Shown: in pieces, positions 9,102-18,324 of the stretch
Layout of the letters: each line of letters opens with the position of its first letter
Position numbering within the stretch: position 1 is the first letter of the stretch
Assembly: GCA_963750165.1 (NCBI GenBank)
Contig: CAVVPN010000003.1
Span: 2,176,001-2,240,000, forward strand
DNA length: 64,000 nt
Direction of reading: 5' to 3'
Source: an uncultured Gemmataceae bacterium
GTDB lineage: Bacteria > Planctomycetota > Planctomycetia > Gemmatales > Gemmataceae
The notes under the pieces: model-generated
Database searches by the model: none
The model's input: the letters and a program-made list of their open reading frames with translations, nothing else
What the model was told of the DNA's origin: nothing
Translations under genes and position numbers: made by a program

Positions 9102-11258
9102 TTAATTCCCAGGCGGGGCGAACAGATCCCAGATGAGCACAGTGGTGTCCTCGCTGCCGGAGGCGAGCAGCCGGCTGTCCGGCGCGAACGCCAGCGCCGT
9201 CACCGGCCCACGGTGGCCGCGGAGGGTGCGCCGCAGCTTCGCGGTCGCCAGTTCCCACACCTGCACCACCGGCTCGTCCGACAGGCCGCCGACCGCCAGC
9301 GTGCGGCTGTCCGGCGAAATCGCCAGGCACGGGCTGCGCTCGATGTACATGGGCGTGCGGCGGCAGACCAGGCGGCAGTGCTCCTTGCCGGTGGCCGTGT
9401 CCCAGACGTGGATTTCATGACGGCCCTCCTCCTCGTGGCGCTGCCACCGCCAGGAGGCCAGGTAGCGGCCGTCCGCGGAATAGGCCAGCGTCGGCCGCGG
9501 GTGGTTCCCGGCGAACTCCTCCGCCTCACCGAAGCGCCAGCGCTCCCGGCCGGTGACGGCGTCCGTGACACGGAGGGTGCCATCCTTGTGGAACCAGGAG
9601 ATCGCCCGATCCGTCGGGGAGAACGCGAAGCACAGGTCGGTGGCGTCGTCGGGCAGCGAGCAGCGGCGCTTGCCGGTGGTCAGGTCCAGCAGCCACAGCT
9701 TGCCCGGCTCCTGCGCCGCAGCGTTCATCACTGCCAGGCGGTTATTCGGCGAGATGCTGCCCCAGACAGGCTCTTTGGCCTTGGGTTTCAGTTCGAGTTT
9801 GCACAGGGCTTTGGCGGCATCGCCGGCGTGAACCGTCCATTCGCCCGTGTCGTCCGCCAGGCACAGGCGCAGACGGTAATCGGGGGAACGCAGGGTGAAG
9901 CGCGACGATTCCAGCGCTTTCCAGTCCCGCCGCTCGCGCAGCCGCCACGTCCGCGTATCCCAGCGCAGGTACTCCTCGCAGAAAATCGACGAATACCTCT
10001 CGGCCGACACCAGTTCCTTACCGTCCGCGAAGAAGTGCAGTGCGGTCACGTGGCCGCCGTGGCTGTCGGCCTGCGGAATCATGGCGCCCGTGGCCGTGTC
10101 CCACAGCCACAACCGATTGCGCGCCGCCGCCAGCACCCGCTTGCCGTCGGGCGACACGGCCATGCGCACGGCGAAAAAGGACGGCGTCAACGGCGGCCGC
10201 AGCATCTTCAGGCACCGGCCGGCGTCCACGTCCCACAACTGCACGCCGATGTTGGGGATGCCCACGGCCAGCGTCTTGCCGTCCCCCGCGAACGCCACCC
10301 CGCACTCCGGCAGATCATCCTCCTCACCCTTCAGCTTTGGCATACGCCAGAGCAATTTGCCGGTCGCGGTTTCGTGGACCGCCGGTTCCGTGCCGGGCAG
10401 GTCGAGTGCCAGGCGCTTGCCGTCCGGCGAGAAGGCAGTCGGGCTGGCGTGCTCCCGCGGCCCCTTCGCCCGCCAGAGTTCCTTGCCGGCCTTGAGGTCC
10501 AGCACGACCAACTCCCAGCGGTCCTGCAAGGGAGAGCCTTTCCCGGTCGCCCACTGGCCGTTGGCCGCCAGCACGGTGCCGTCCGGCGACAGCGCCGCGC
10601 CGCAGAACTGAATGAGCTGCCTCCGGCCCGTCTTCTTGGGCCAGAGCCGGGCCGCGTCCCAGTTGCGCAGTTGCTTGCCGGTGGCCACGTCCCACCAGCA
10701 CACCTTGCCGCCCGGGCCGCTCACGGACACGAGGGTCTTGCCGCCGTCCACGAAGCGCGCCGCCAGCGCGCCGATCTCGTGCGGGCCGAAGCGGCGCAGC
10801 AGTTTTGCTGTCCGCACGTCCACGAGCAGGAGGTCGTCTGCACCGGCGCACTCCGCGCCGACGGCCAGCAACGTCCCGTCCGGCGAGAAGGCCAGCGCGC
10901 TGACGCCGCGCAGCCCGGGTAGGCGGAAGGGCGGCGCCTCCTTGCCGGTGGCCGCGTCCCAGAAATGCACCGCCCGTTCGGGGGGGTCATAGTTGGCGAC
11001 CTCGCCGAATGCGGAGGCGATGACGCGGCCGTCCGGCGAAAACACGGCCCGAACCGGGGCGCCGCGGTAGGCAGCGTGGACCAACCGCGTCGTGCCCAGC
11101 CGGGCGACGGCCCCGGCCGGCAGCGGGTCGCCCAGGGCGTCCGTGTGCGGTTTGACTTGTTTGGCAGGATTTTTCGGCCCCTGGGAGACCGCGGACTGTG
11201 GCTCAACTACCAGGACGGGGACAATCAGGACCAGCAGACCGGCGAGGCGCAACACCAT
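9102..11258 (-). CDS. Secreted WD40-repeat protein
   Basis: Signal peptide; [20 protein letters not shown] planctomycete N-terminal motif; many AFSPDG/WD repeats. Confidence 0.88.
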   Translation of the reverse strand: MVLRLAGLLVLIVPVLVVEPQSAVSQGPKNPAKQVKPHTDALGDPLPAGAVARLGTTRLVHAAYRGAPVRAVFSPDGRVIASAFGEVANYDPPERAVHFWDAATGKEAPPFRLPGLRGVSALAFSPDGTLLAVGAECAGADDLLLVDVRTAKLLRRFGPHEIGALAARFVDGGKTLVSVSGPGGKVCWWDVATGKQLRNWDAARLWPKKTGRRQLIQFCGAALSPDGTVLAANGQWATGKGSPLQDRWELVVLDLKAGKELWRAKGPREHASPTAFSPDGKRLALDLPGTEPAVHETATGKLLWRMPKLKGEEDDLPECGVAFAGDGKTLAVGIPNIGVQLWDVDAGRCLKMLRPPLTPSFFAVRMAVSPDGKRVLAAARNRLWLWDTATGAMIPQADSHGGHVTALHFFADGKELVSAERYSSIFCEEYLRWDTRTWRLRERRDWKALESSRFTLRSPDYRLRLCLADDTGEWTVHAGDAAKALCKLELKPKAKEPVWGSISPNNRLAVMNAAAQEPGKLWLLDLTTGKRRCSLPDDATDLCFAFSPTDRAISWFHKDGTLRVTDAVTGRERWRFGEAEEFAGNHPRPTLAYSADGRYLASWRWQRHEEEGRHEIHVWDTATGKEHCRLVCRRTPMYIERSPCLAISPDSRTLAVGGLSDEPVVQVWELATAKLRRTLRGHRGPVTALAFAPDSRLLASGSEDTTVLIWDLFAPPGN

Positions 11259-11427
11259 GACCCATCTCCCTGGGTTCGTGAAGGGACGTTTGCTATCCAT
11301 CCCCCCGAGAGTAACGGGGGTTGTTGCTCCCGTCCAGAGAAACGCTCGCCAATGCAACCGGCGCCCGTTTACGTTTCGCGGTGGCGGTCCGCGAAACGTA
11401 AACAGGCGCCGGTCGGGCTCGCCTCAC

Positions 11428-11994
11428 TTACTCCTTGAGCAACTCCTCAATCTTCTTGCGCATGTGGGTCTCGCCCGACGCCCCCTTGAAGCCCAGTTCA
11501 CCCACCCAGCCCCAGCGACCGCGGCCCTCCTTGTCGATCAGGTACACCGTGGGCCAGTAGCGCGTTTCGTAACGGCGCCACATCGTAATCTTGTTGTCCA
11601 CGGCGACTGGGAACGTCAGTTTGGCCTCCGCCAGCTTTTTCTTGAGGGTGGCGACGTTCTTTTCGCCCTCGGTCTCCGGCGTGTGGATGCCGATCACCAC
11701 GACGCCCTGGTCCTTGAACTCCTTCCAGATGCCCCTGTACCAGGGGTAATTGCGCACGCAGTTGATTCAGCCAAACGCCATGAAGTGGACGACCACCACC
11801 TTGCCCTTCAGGTCCGCGAGCTTCAGTGGTGGGCTGTTGACCCAGGCGGTGATGTCCTCGAACTCCGGAGCCTTCGGCTTGTTCGGGATGACGAGCGGCG
11901 TCCACGTCTTCGGATCCTTCGGGTCCGCCTGCTGTCCGGCGACCGTGACCGGGAAGGCCAGCGCCAGCAGACTCCAACCGAGCAGATGTCGCAT
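11428..11994 (-). CDS. Secreted redoxin (DipZ/TlpA-like thioredoxin fold) with in-frame UGA, probable selenoprotein (UxxC), 188 aa
   Basis: ORFs 11767..11994 and 11428..11757 are in one frame, separated by TGA: ...LKGKVVVVHFMAFG-UGA-INCVRNYPW...IGIHTPE...RYWPTVYLIDKEG. Confidence 0.8.
11732..11746 (-). promoter_or_regulatory. Putative bacterial SECIS apical stem-loop
   Basis: mRNA CCCCUG-GUA-CAGGGG: 6-bp stem, loop begins with G, 26 nt between the UGA and the loop. Confidence 0.6.
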
Positions 11995-12090
11995 TTGATT
12001 TCCTTCCGCACTTACACGCTTCCCCGCGAGTATGTCGCATCATTCTATCGGCGCCTTACAACAGCAAGAAGGTGCAGTGGGAAGAACGCT

Positions 12091-12624
12091 TCAGTGCCGC
12101 TCCGCCTGCTGTTCGCGCAGCAGCGTCTCCACGGCGTGCTCCAGTTCCGGCCCGCGCACGTCGCGGTAGCGGACCACACCGCGGCCGTCGAGGACGTAGA
12201 CCGTCGGCCACGATTGCACCTGATACCGCTGGGCAATCGGTCCGTCGGCGCCGCCGTCGCACCACTGCCGCCAGGTGACGCCGTGCGTCGCCAGGAAGTG
12301 CCGCAGTCGGTCGCGGTCGTCGTCGGCGTTGACGCTGAGCAGCGCGAACGGCTGGTCGCGCAGCCGCTCCGCCAGGGCGCGCTCGTGCGGCAGCATGGCC
12401 CGGCACGGCGCACACCAGGTCGCCCAGAACACCAGGGCCACCACCTTACCGCGGTAGTCGCTCAACCGGAAGCGCACGCTGTCCGCGTCCTCGCCCTCGA
12501 TGTCCGGCGCCACCTGACCGACGGCGACGCCGGCAACCGTGGCGGTCTGCGCGGACTTCGGCGGCTGCCGGCAGCTGGCCAGCAGCACGATCAGGACCGG
12601 CACGAGCGGCGACCACGAGCGCAT
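12091..12624 (-). CDS. TlpA-like disulfide reductase lipoprotein
   Basis: Lipobox LLASC; FWATWCAPC active site; QSWPTVYVLD. Confidence 0.88.
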   Translation of the reverse strand: MRSWSPLVPVLIVLLASCRQPPKSAQTATVAGVAVGQVAPDIEGEDADSVRFRLSDYRGKVVALVFWATWCAPCRAMLPHERALAERLRDQPFALLSVNADDDRDRLRHFLATHGVTWRQWCDGGADGPIAQRYQVQSWPTVYVLDGRGVVRYRDVRGPELEHAVETLLREQQAERH

Positions 12625-12774
12625 GCGGCACCTCCCCCGGCGGGGCGCAACGGTTCATGACGTTGGGGGCGGGAATATAGCGAGCCGGGTTGGTGTTGTC
12701 ACGCGATGTTTTTCAGGGACACAAATCGTCGCCAGGACAGGCCAGCCGTTGCCAGAGCGGGCCAGACGGGCACA

Positions 12775-12827
12775 TCTCGACGTATGAAAAAGCTGGCCCC
12801 CTTGGCCCCCTTGGCCCCCTTGCTGTG
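12775..12827 (+). repeat. Solo copy of the ~55-bp unit TCTCGACGTGTGAAAAAG-(TTGGCNNNC)x3-TTGCTGTG
   Basis: Matches units at ~24766, ~24873, ~33117, ~33225 and ~51643. Confidence 0.8.
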
Positions 12828-12937
12828 ACCGGCGCGGCCAACCGGCGCCGCGCGGCGACACCCGAGGCCGGGCTTGCGATTTTGCCGGCAGTCCCTTTAA
12901 GATGGGCGAATCGCCATCATCCACGGAGGGGTTCCCC

Positions 12938-15586
12938 ATGTCCGCGACCCGTCTGCTCGCCGGCGCCGCCCTGCTGCTGCTCGGCAGCGCCGCCCCGACC
13001 GCCCCCCAGCAATCCGACACCTGGTTTCCGTTCGTCATCCCCTGGGACGACGCCACGCCGGGCGCCACCAACGTCGCGGCGCTGAACGCCGAGGCCGCCG
13101 GCGCCGCCGGCTTCATCAAGACCGAGAACGGCCACTTCTACACGCCCAAGGGCCAGCGTGCTCGCTTCCTCGGCGTCAACTTCTGCTTCAGCGCCAACTT
13201 CCCGGAAAAGGCCGACGCCGTGAAAGTCGCGGCCCGGCTGCAGAAGTACGGCGTCAACCTGGTGCGGCTGCACCTGATGGACTACTACCACGCCCCCAAG
13301 GGCATTTTCGACCCGCGCTTCAAGGACAAGCAGCACCTCGACGCCGGCCAACTCGACAAACTCGATCACCTCGTCTGGCAGCTGAAGCGCCGCGGCATCT
13401 ACGTGAACATCAACCTGCACGTCGCCCGCGCCGTCGGCGCCGCCGACGGCTTCCCCGACACCGACAAGCTGCCCGGCCTCGGCGCCGTCGTCAACTACTT
13501 CGAGCCGCGCATGATCCAGATTCAGAAGAACTACGCCCGCGACCTGCTGACGCACTACAACCCCTACACGAAAACGAAGTACGTCGAGGAGCCGGCGGTC
13601 CTCATCGTCGAGCTGACGAACGAGAACACGCTGGTCGGCGCCGCCTGGACCGGTCAGCTCGACCGGCTGCCGGCCCACTACCGCGACGCGCTGCAGGGCC
13701 AGTGGAACGCCTGGCTGAAGCAGCGCTACGGCAGCACCGACGAGCTGGCGAAGGGCTGGAAGGCGGTCGCCGCGGGCAAGAACGTCAACGTTCTGAGCAA
13801 CGCCAACTTCGCCCAGGCCGCCGCGTCCTGGAAACTGGAGGTGCAAAAGATCGCGGCCGCCCAGACGGAGGTGACCGACCAGCCGCCGCCCGGCGGACTG
13901 TCCGGCAAGGTGTTGCGCGTGAAAATCGGCAAGGGCGGCGACCAGTCCTGGCACATCCAGCTGCACCAGGGCGGCCTCACCCTGACGGAAGGGCAGCCGT
14001 ACACGCTGAGCTTCTGGGCGCGGTCCAGCGACAAGCGCGGCCTTGGCATCAACGCGACCCTCGACCAGCCGGACTGGCACAACCTCGGCCTGTCGCAGCG
14101 TGTCGAGCTGGACAGGGACTGGCGTTCCTACCGCTTCAACTTCACGGCGAGCAAGACGGTGAAGAGCCACGGCCGCGTCGCGTTCCTGCTGGGCGGCAAC
14201 GGCGCCGCGGTCGAACTGGCCGGCGTCACGCTGCTGGCTGGCGGCGACAACCCGCTGGCCGCCGGGGCCAGGCTGGAGAAGGGCACTATCCCCATCGGCA
14301 AGGCCCAGGACACGCCCGCCGGCCGCGACTGGCTGGCGTTCCTGATGAACACCGAGGCCCGTTTCCTCATCACGCTGCGCGACTACGTCAAGCAGGACCT
14401 GGGCAGCAAGGCGAACGTGGTGTGTTCGCAGGCGAGTTACGGCGGCCTGGCGGGGGCGTACCGCGAACGGCGGTCGGACTTCATCGACATGCACTCGTAC
14501 TGGCAGCACCCGCGCTTCCCGGGCCGGGCGTGGGACAGCGGCAACTGGCTGGTCGCGAACACGCCGATGGTCAAGGATAAAGGGGCGGGCACCTGGGCGA
14601 AGCTGGCGCGCTACCGCCTGGCGGGGATGCCGTTCACCGTCAGCGAGTACAACCACGCGGCGCCGGCCGACACCCAGGCCGAGTGCGTGCCGTTGCTGGC
14701 CGCCATCGCCGCCGTGCAGGACTGGGATGCGATCTATCTCTTCGACTACAACAACGACCGCGATAGCTGGGATTCCAACAAAATCCGCGGCTTTTTCACC
14801 ATCGACAGCAACCCGGCCAAGATGGCGTTCCTGCCGGCCGCGGCGCTGATGTTCGTGCGCGGCGACGTGCCGGCGGCGAAGGAGCAGGCCCAGTTGCGCA
14901 TCCCGGCGGACAGCGTCGTCAACCTGGTGGCCGGCCGCAAGGACGTGCAGGAGCTGTGGGAGGCGGCCGGCAGTCCGGCGTTCGACTGCATGAACCGCCG
15001 CCTGTCGCTCACGTTCACATCCGGTGCTGGCCCGGTGACCCTGGAGCCGAAGGGCAAGGCATACGCGGCGGTCGGCACCGGCCCGGTGCGCTGGCGCGGC
15101 GCGGGCACCGAGCAGGCGCTGGTCACGGTGGATTCGCCGCGCTCCAAGGCGGTGGTCGGGTTCCTCGGCGGCCAGAAAGCGGAGCTGAAGGGTTGGCAGG
15201 TGGAGGCGCCGCGCGGCGGCTTCGGCTTCGCGGCACTGACGCTGTCGGCGCTGGACGGCAAGGCGACGGCGCAGTCCGGGGCGCTGCTGCTGACGGCGGT
15301 GGCCCGCGTCGAAAACGCCGGCATGGGCTGGAACAGGGACCGCACCAGTGTCGGCAAGAACTGGGGCAGCGGCCCGACGCGGGCCGAGGGCGTGACCGCG
15401 ACTGTTCGCATCAGCACGGTGGCCGCGTCGGCGCAGGTGTTCGCGCTGGACGGCAGCGGTCAGCGCAAGGACAAGGTGCCCGCGACCGTGACCGATGGCC
15501 GGCTGACGTTCACCATCAACCCAAGCTACCGGACCGTGTGGTACGAAGCGGTGCCGCAGCTGGTGCGACCGGCGGGCGGCCCGTGA
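12938..15586 (+). CDS. Secreted glycoside hydrolase (clan GH-A/GH5-like) with an inserted CBM4/9-like domain
   Basis: Signal peptide; RFLGVN, GVNLVRLH, ELTNEN (putative acid/base), HSYWQHP, FTVSEYN (putative nucleophile); WHIQLHQGGLTLTEGQPYTLSFWAR CBM-like segment. Confidence 0.75.
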   Translation: MSATRLLAGAALLLLGSAAPTAPQQSDTWFPFVIPWDDATPGATNVAALNAEAAGAAGFIKTENGHFYTPKGQRARFLGVNFCFSANFPEKADAVKVAARLQKYGVNLVRLHLMDYYHAPKGIFDPRFKDKQHLDAGQLDKLDHLVWQLKRRGIYVNINLHVARAVGAADGFPDTDKLPGLGAVVNYFEPRMIQIQKNYARDLLTHYNPYTKTKYVEEPAVLIVELTNENTLVGAAWTGQLDRLPAHYRDALQGQWNAWLKQRYGSTDELAKGWKAVAAGKNVNVLSNANFAQAAASWKLEVQKIAAAQTEVTDQPPPGGLSGKVLRVKIGKGGDQSWHIQLHQGGLTLTEGQPYTLSFWARSSDKRGLGINATLDQPDWHNLGLSQRVELDRDWRSYRFNFTASKTVKSHGRVAFLLGGNGAAVELAGVTLLAGGDNPLAAGARLEKGTIPIGKAQDTPAGRDWLAFLMNTEARFLITLRDYVKQDLGSKANVVCSQASYGGLAGAYRERRSDFIDMHSYWQHPRFPGRAWDSGNWLVANTPMVKDKGAGTWAKLARYRLAGMPFTVSEYNHAAPADTQAECVPLLAAIAAVQDWDAIYLFDYNNDRDSWDSNKIRGFFTIDSNPAKMAFLPAAALMFVRGDVPAAKEQAQLRIPADSVVNLVAGRKDVQELWEAAGSPAFDCMNRRLSLTFTSGAGPVTLEPKGKAYAAVGTGPVRWRGAGTEQALVTVDSPRSKAVVGFLGGQKAELKGWQVEAPRGGFGFAALTLSALDGKATAQSGALLLTAVARVENAGMGWNRDRTSVGKNWGSGPTRAEGVTATVRISTVAASAQVFALDGSGQRKDKVPATVTDGRLTFTINPSYRTVWYEAVPQLVRPAGGP

Positions 15587-15604
15587 GCGGTGAGCCGCCT
15601 CTTG

Positions 15605-15649
15605 TCGTGGGGCAGACATTGATGGCAGACAGGAATGTCTGCCCCACGA
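15605..15649. repeat. Partly deleted REP doublet (GTGGGGCAGACATTCCTGTCTGCC type)
   Basis: tcgtggggcagacatt...ggcagacaggaatgtctgccccacga. Confidence 0.7.
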
Positions 15650-15742
15650 AATAAGCCGCCAGCGGCCCGGCGGACTACATTACGCATCATAATCAATCAT
15701 CGGCTAACACTTTACCCGCACCCTTCTGGAAAGATACGCACC

Positions 15743-18169
15743 ATGAATCTCTCCCGATTCACCCGCCTCTGGAACGCCCGGCCTACCCGGAAGGCGCGGC
15801 CCGCCCGCGTCCGCCCAGAACTTGAGGCCCTGGAAACCCGCATCACGCCGCAGGCAACGCGCACCTGGGTGTCCGGCGTCGGCGACGACGCCAACCCCTG
15901 CTCGCGCACCGCCCCCGGCAAGACCTTCGCCGGTGCCATCTCCAAGACCGAGGTCGGCGGCGAAATCGACGCCCTCGACCCGGGCGGTTTCGGCGCCCTC
16001 ACCATCACCCACGCCATCACGATCGACGGCGCCGGGCAACTGGCCGGCGTGCTGGTCAGCGGCACCAACGGCTTCACCATCGCCGCCGCGGCGACCGACG
16101 TGGTGATCCTGCGCGGCCTGAACTTCGACGGCGCCAGTCAAACGGGCCTCGACGGCATCCACATCACCGGCGCCAAAACGGTCATCATCGAAAACTGCAC
16201 CATCGAAAACTTCCACGGCGTCGGCATCGACTTCCTGCCCTCGACGCCCAACAGCCAGTTGATCGTGAGCAACACCACCATCCGGGGCTGCGTGGGCGGC
16301 GGCATCCAGGTGATCCCGCAGGGCGGCATGACCGCAACGGCCTCGCTCACGAACGTGCGCTCCGAGGCGAACCAGTTCGGCCTCCTGGCGGGCAACAACG
16401 CCACCGTCACCGTCTCGAACAGCGTGGCCGCGGGCAACCTGAACTACGGCTTCCTGGCGGCCCCGACCGCGACCGCGCCGGTGCAGCTGACGCTCCAGAA
16501 CGACCTGGCCGCCGACAACGGCATGAACGGCATCGCGTCCGTCGGGCTGAATACGGTGGTCAACCTGGCGAACGTCAGCGCCTACGGCAACGGGGGCACG
16601 GGGGCCGCCTCGGTCTCCGGCGGCTCGCTCGTTTCGCAGGGCGGCAACCACATCACTGACAACAACAAGAACTTCACACCGGCCGCCATCACCCTGTCCG
16701 GCGGCGGCGGCGCGACGCGCACCTGGGTGTCCGGCGTCGGCGACGACGCCAACCCCGCCTCGCGCACCGCGCCCGCCAAGACCTTCGCGGGGGCGATCTC
16801 CAAGACGACAGCCGGGGGCGAGATCAACGTCACCGACCCGGGCGGCTTCGGTGCCCTCACCATCACCAAGGCCATCACGATCGACGGCACCGGCACCTTC
16901 GCGGCCGTCCTGGTCGCCGGCACCCCCGGCATCGTCGTCAGCGCCGGGGCCAACGACATCGTGATCCTGCGCAACCTCACCATCAACGGCATCGGCTCGG
17001 GGACCGCCGGCATCCAGGTGAACGGGGCCGCGGCGGTCCTGATCGAGAACTGCGTGATCGAGAACTTCACCGGCGCCGGCATCGATTTCAAACCGACCAA
17101 CACCGACGCCCGCCTGATCGTCACCAACACCCGGATCGAGAACTGTGGCGGCGCGGGCATCGACGCCCACCCGACCGCCACCGGCAGCGGTCTCGTGCTG
17201 ATCGACGGTGTGCAGTCCATCGCCAATCAGGTGGGGTTCAAGGCGGAGGACCGCGCGGATGTCACGGTGCTGAACAGCGACGCCAGCAGCAATTCCAGCC
17301 ATGGGCTGCAGGTGGTGGCCGCCACCGCGGCCGCCACGCTCAACGTCGAGGGCGGCGTGACCATGACCAACGGCGGCAACGGGCTGCAGGCTCAGGGCAC
17401 TGGCAGCGTCGGCGCCACCGCCAACATCGCCAACCTGGGCGCCAGCGGCAACGCCCTGCCGGCGTTCGGCGCCGCCAATCCTGCCAACTCGTTCCTCTCC
17501 TTCATCGGCCCCAACCAGCAGTTTGTTGAGGCCCTGTACCTGGACTTCCTCAAGCGCTCCGGCGACGCCACCAACGCCAGCGACGCGGGCGTCTGGGCCA
17601 ACGCCCTCACGAACGGCACCATGACCCAGGCTCAGGTGACCACGTCCATCGCCCGCTCGGCGGAGGCGCTGGGCGTGCTGGTCGATGGCCTGTACCTGGA
17701 GTTCCTGAACCGGGCCTCGGACCCGATGGGCCGCGCCGGCTTCGTCAGTCAGCTGCAGAACGGCGGCACCGTGGAGCAGGCCATCGCCAGCATGGTCGGC
17801 ACGACGGAGTACATGAACCTGTTCAGTTCCAGCACCAGCTTCGTGCAGTCGCTGTACACGAAGTTGCTGGGCCGCGCGCCGTCCGCCGGCGAGTTGAGTT
17901 CGTCGCTGAATTCGCTGATGAGTCTGGGGCGGAGCGGGCTGGCCAGCGCCTTCCTGGCGTCCGGCGAGTTCCGCGGCGATGTGGTGCAGGAGTTGTACGG
18001 CTCCACACTGGCGCCGGTGGGGTCGGTGGTCCGGCTGCTGCCGTCGCTGCTGCACCGCACCATGCCGCCCGCGGCGGCAGAGGTGAATGGCTGGGTCAAT
18101 TCCGGCCTGGACGTGCTCAGCATCGAGGTGGCGCTGGCGGGAACGGCGGAATTCTTCAACGACGCCTGA
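15743..18169 (+). CDS. Extracellular protein: planctomycete LExLExR leader, two tandem parallel beta-helix domains, C-terminal DUF4214-like domain
   Basis: RPELEALETRITP leader; ATRTWVSGVGDDANP.SRTAP.KTFAGAISKT twice; NQQFVEALYLDFLKR / FVQSLYTKLLGRAP repeats. Confidence 0.8.
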   Translation: MNLSRFTRLWNARPTRKARPARVRPELEALETRITPQATRTWVSGVGDDANPCSRTAPGKTFAGAISKTEVGGEIDALDPGGFGALTITHAITIDGAGQLAGVLVSGTNGFTIAAAATDVVILRGLNFDGASQTGLDGIHITGAKTVIIENCTIENFHGVGIDFLPSTPNSQLIVSNTTIRGCVGGGIQVIPQGGMTATASLTNVRSEANQFGLLAGNNATVTVSNSVAAGNLNYGFLAAPTATAPVQLTLQNDLAADNGMNGIASVGLNTVVNLANVSAYGNGGTGAASVSGGSLVSQGGNHITDNNKNFTPAAITLSGGGGATRTWVSGVGDDANPASRTAPAKTFAGAISKTTAGGEINVTDPGGFGALTITKAITIDGTGTFAAVLVAGTPGIVVSAGANDIVILRNLTINGIGSGTAGIQVNGAAAVLIENCVIENFTGAGIDFKPTNTDARLIVTNTRIENCGGAGIDAHPTATGSGLVLIDGVQSIANQVGFKAEDRADVTVLNSDASSNSSHGLQVVAATAAATLNVEGGVTMTNGGNGLQAQGTGSVGATANIANLGASGNALPAFGAANPANSFLSFIGPNQQFVEALYLDFLKRSGDATNASDAGVWANALTNGTMTQAQVTTSIARSAEALGVLVDGLYLEFLNRASDPMGRAGFVSQLQNGGTVEQAIASMVGTTEYMNLFSSSTSFVQSLYTKLLGRAPSAGELSSSLNSLMSLGRSGLASAFLASGEFRGDVVQELYGSTLAPVGSVVRLLPSLLHRTMPPAAAEVNGWVNSGLDVLSIEVALAGTAEFFNDA

Positions 18170-18174
18170 CAAGA

Positions 18175-18324
18175 GATTGATCCACAGATGACACAGATTT
18201 CACAGATGAAGACAGGAAGAATGAGTGAGTTGGGATGAAGTCTCGGGACTCCGCCCTGGCTCACTCACTCTTTTTGTCTTTTTCTGTCTTCATCTGTGAA
18301 ATCTGTGTCATCTGTGGATCAATC
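18175..18324. repeat. 41-bp perfect inverted repeat built from 9-bp CACAGATNN units between convergent genes
   Basis: Arms 18175-18215 and 18284-18324. Confidence 0.88.

Noticed and set aside
9102..11258. WD40/TolB internal repeats as diversity-generating retroelement template/variable repeats
   Set aside because: No reverse transcriptase and no pair of near-identical repeats differing only at adenines was seen.
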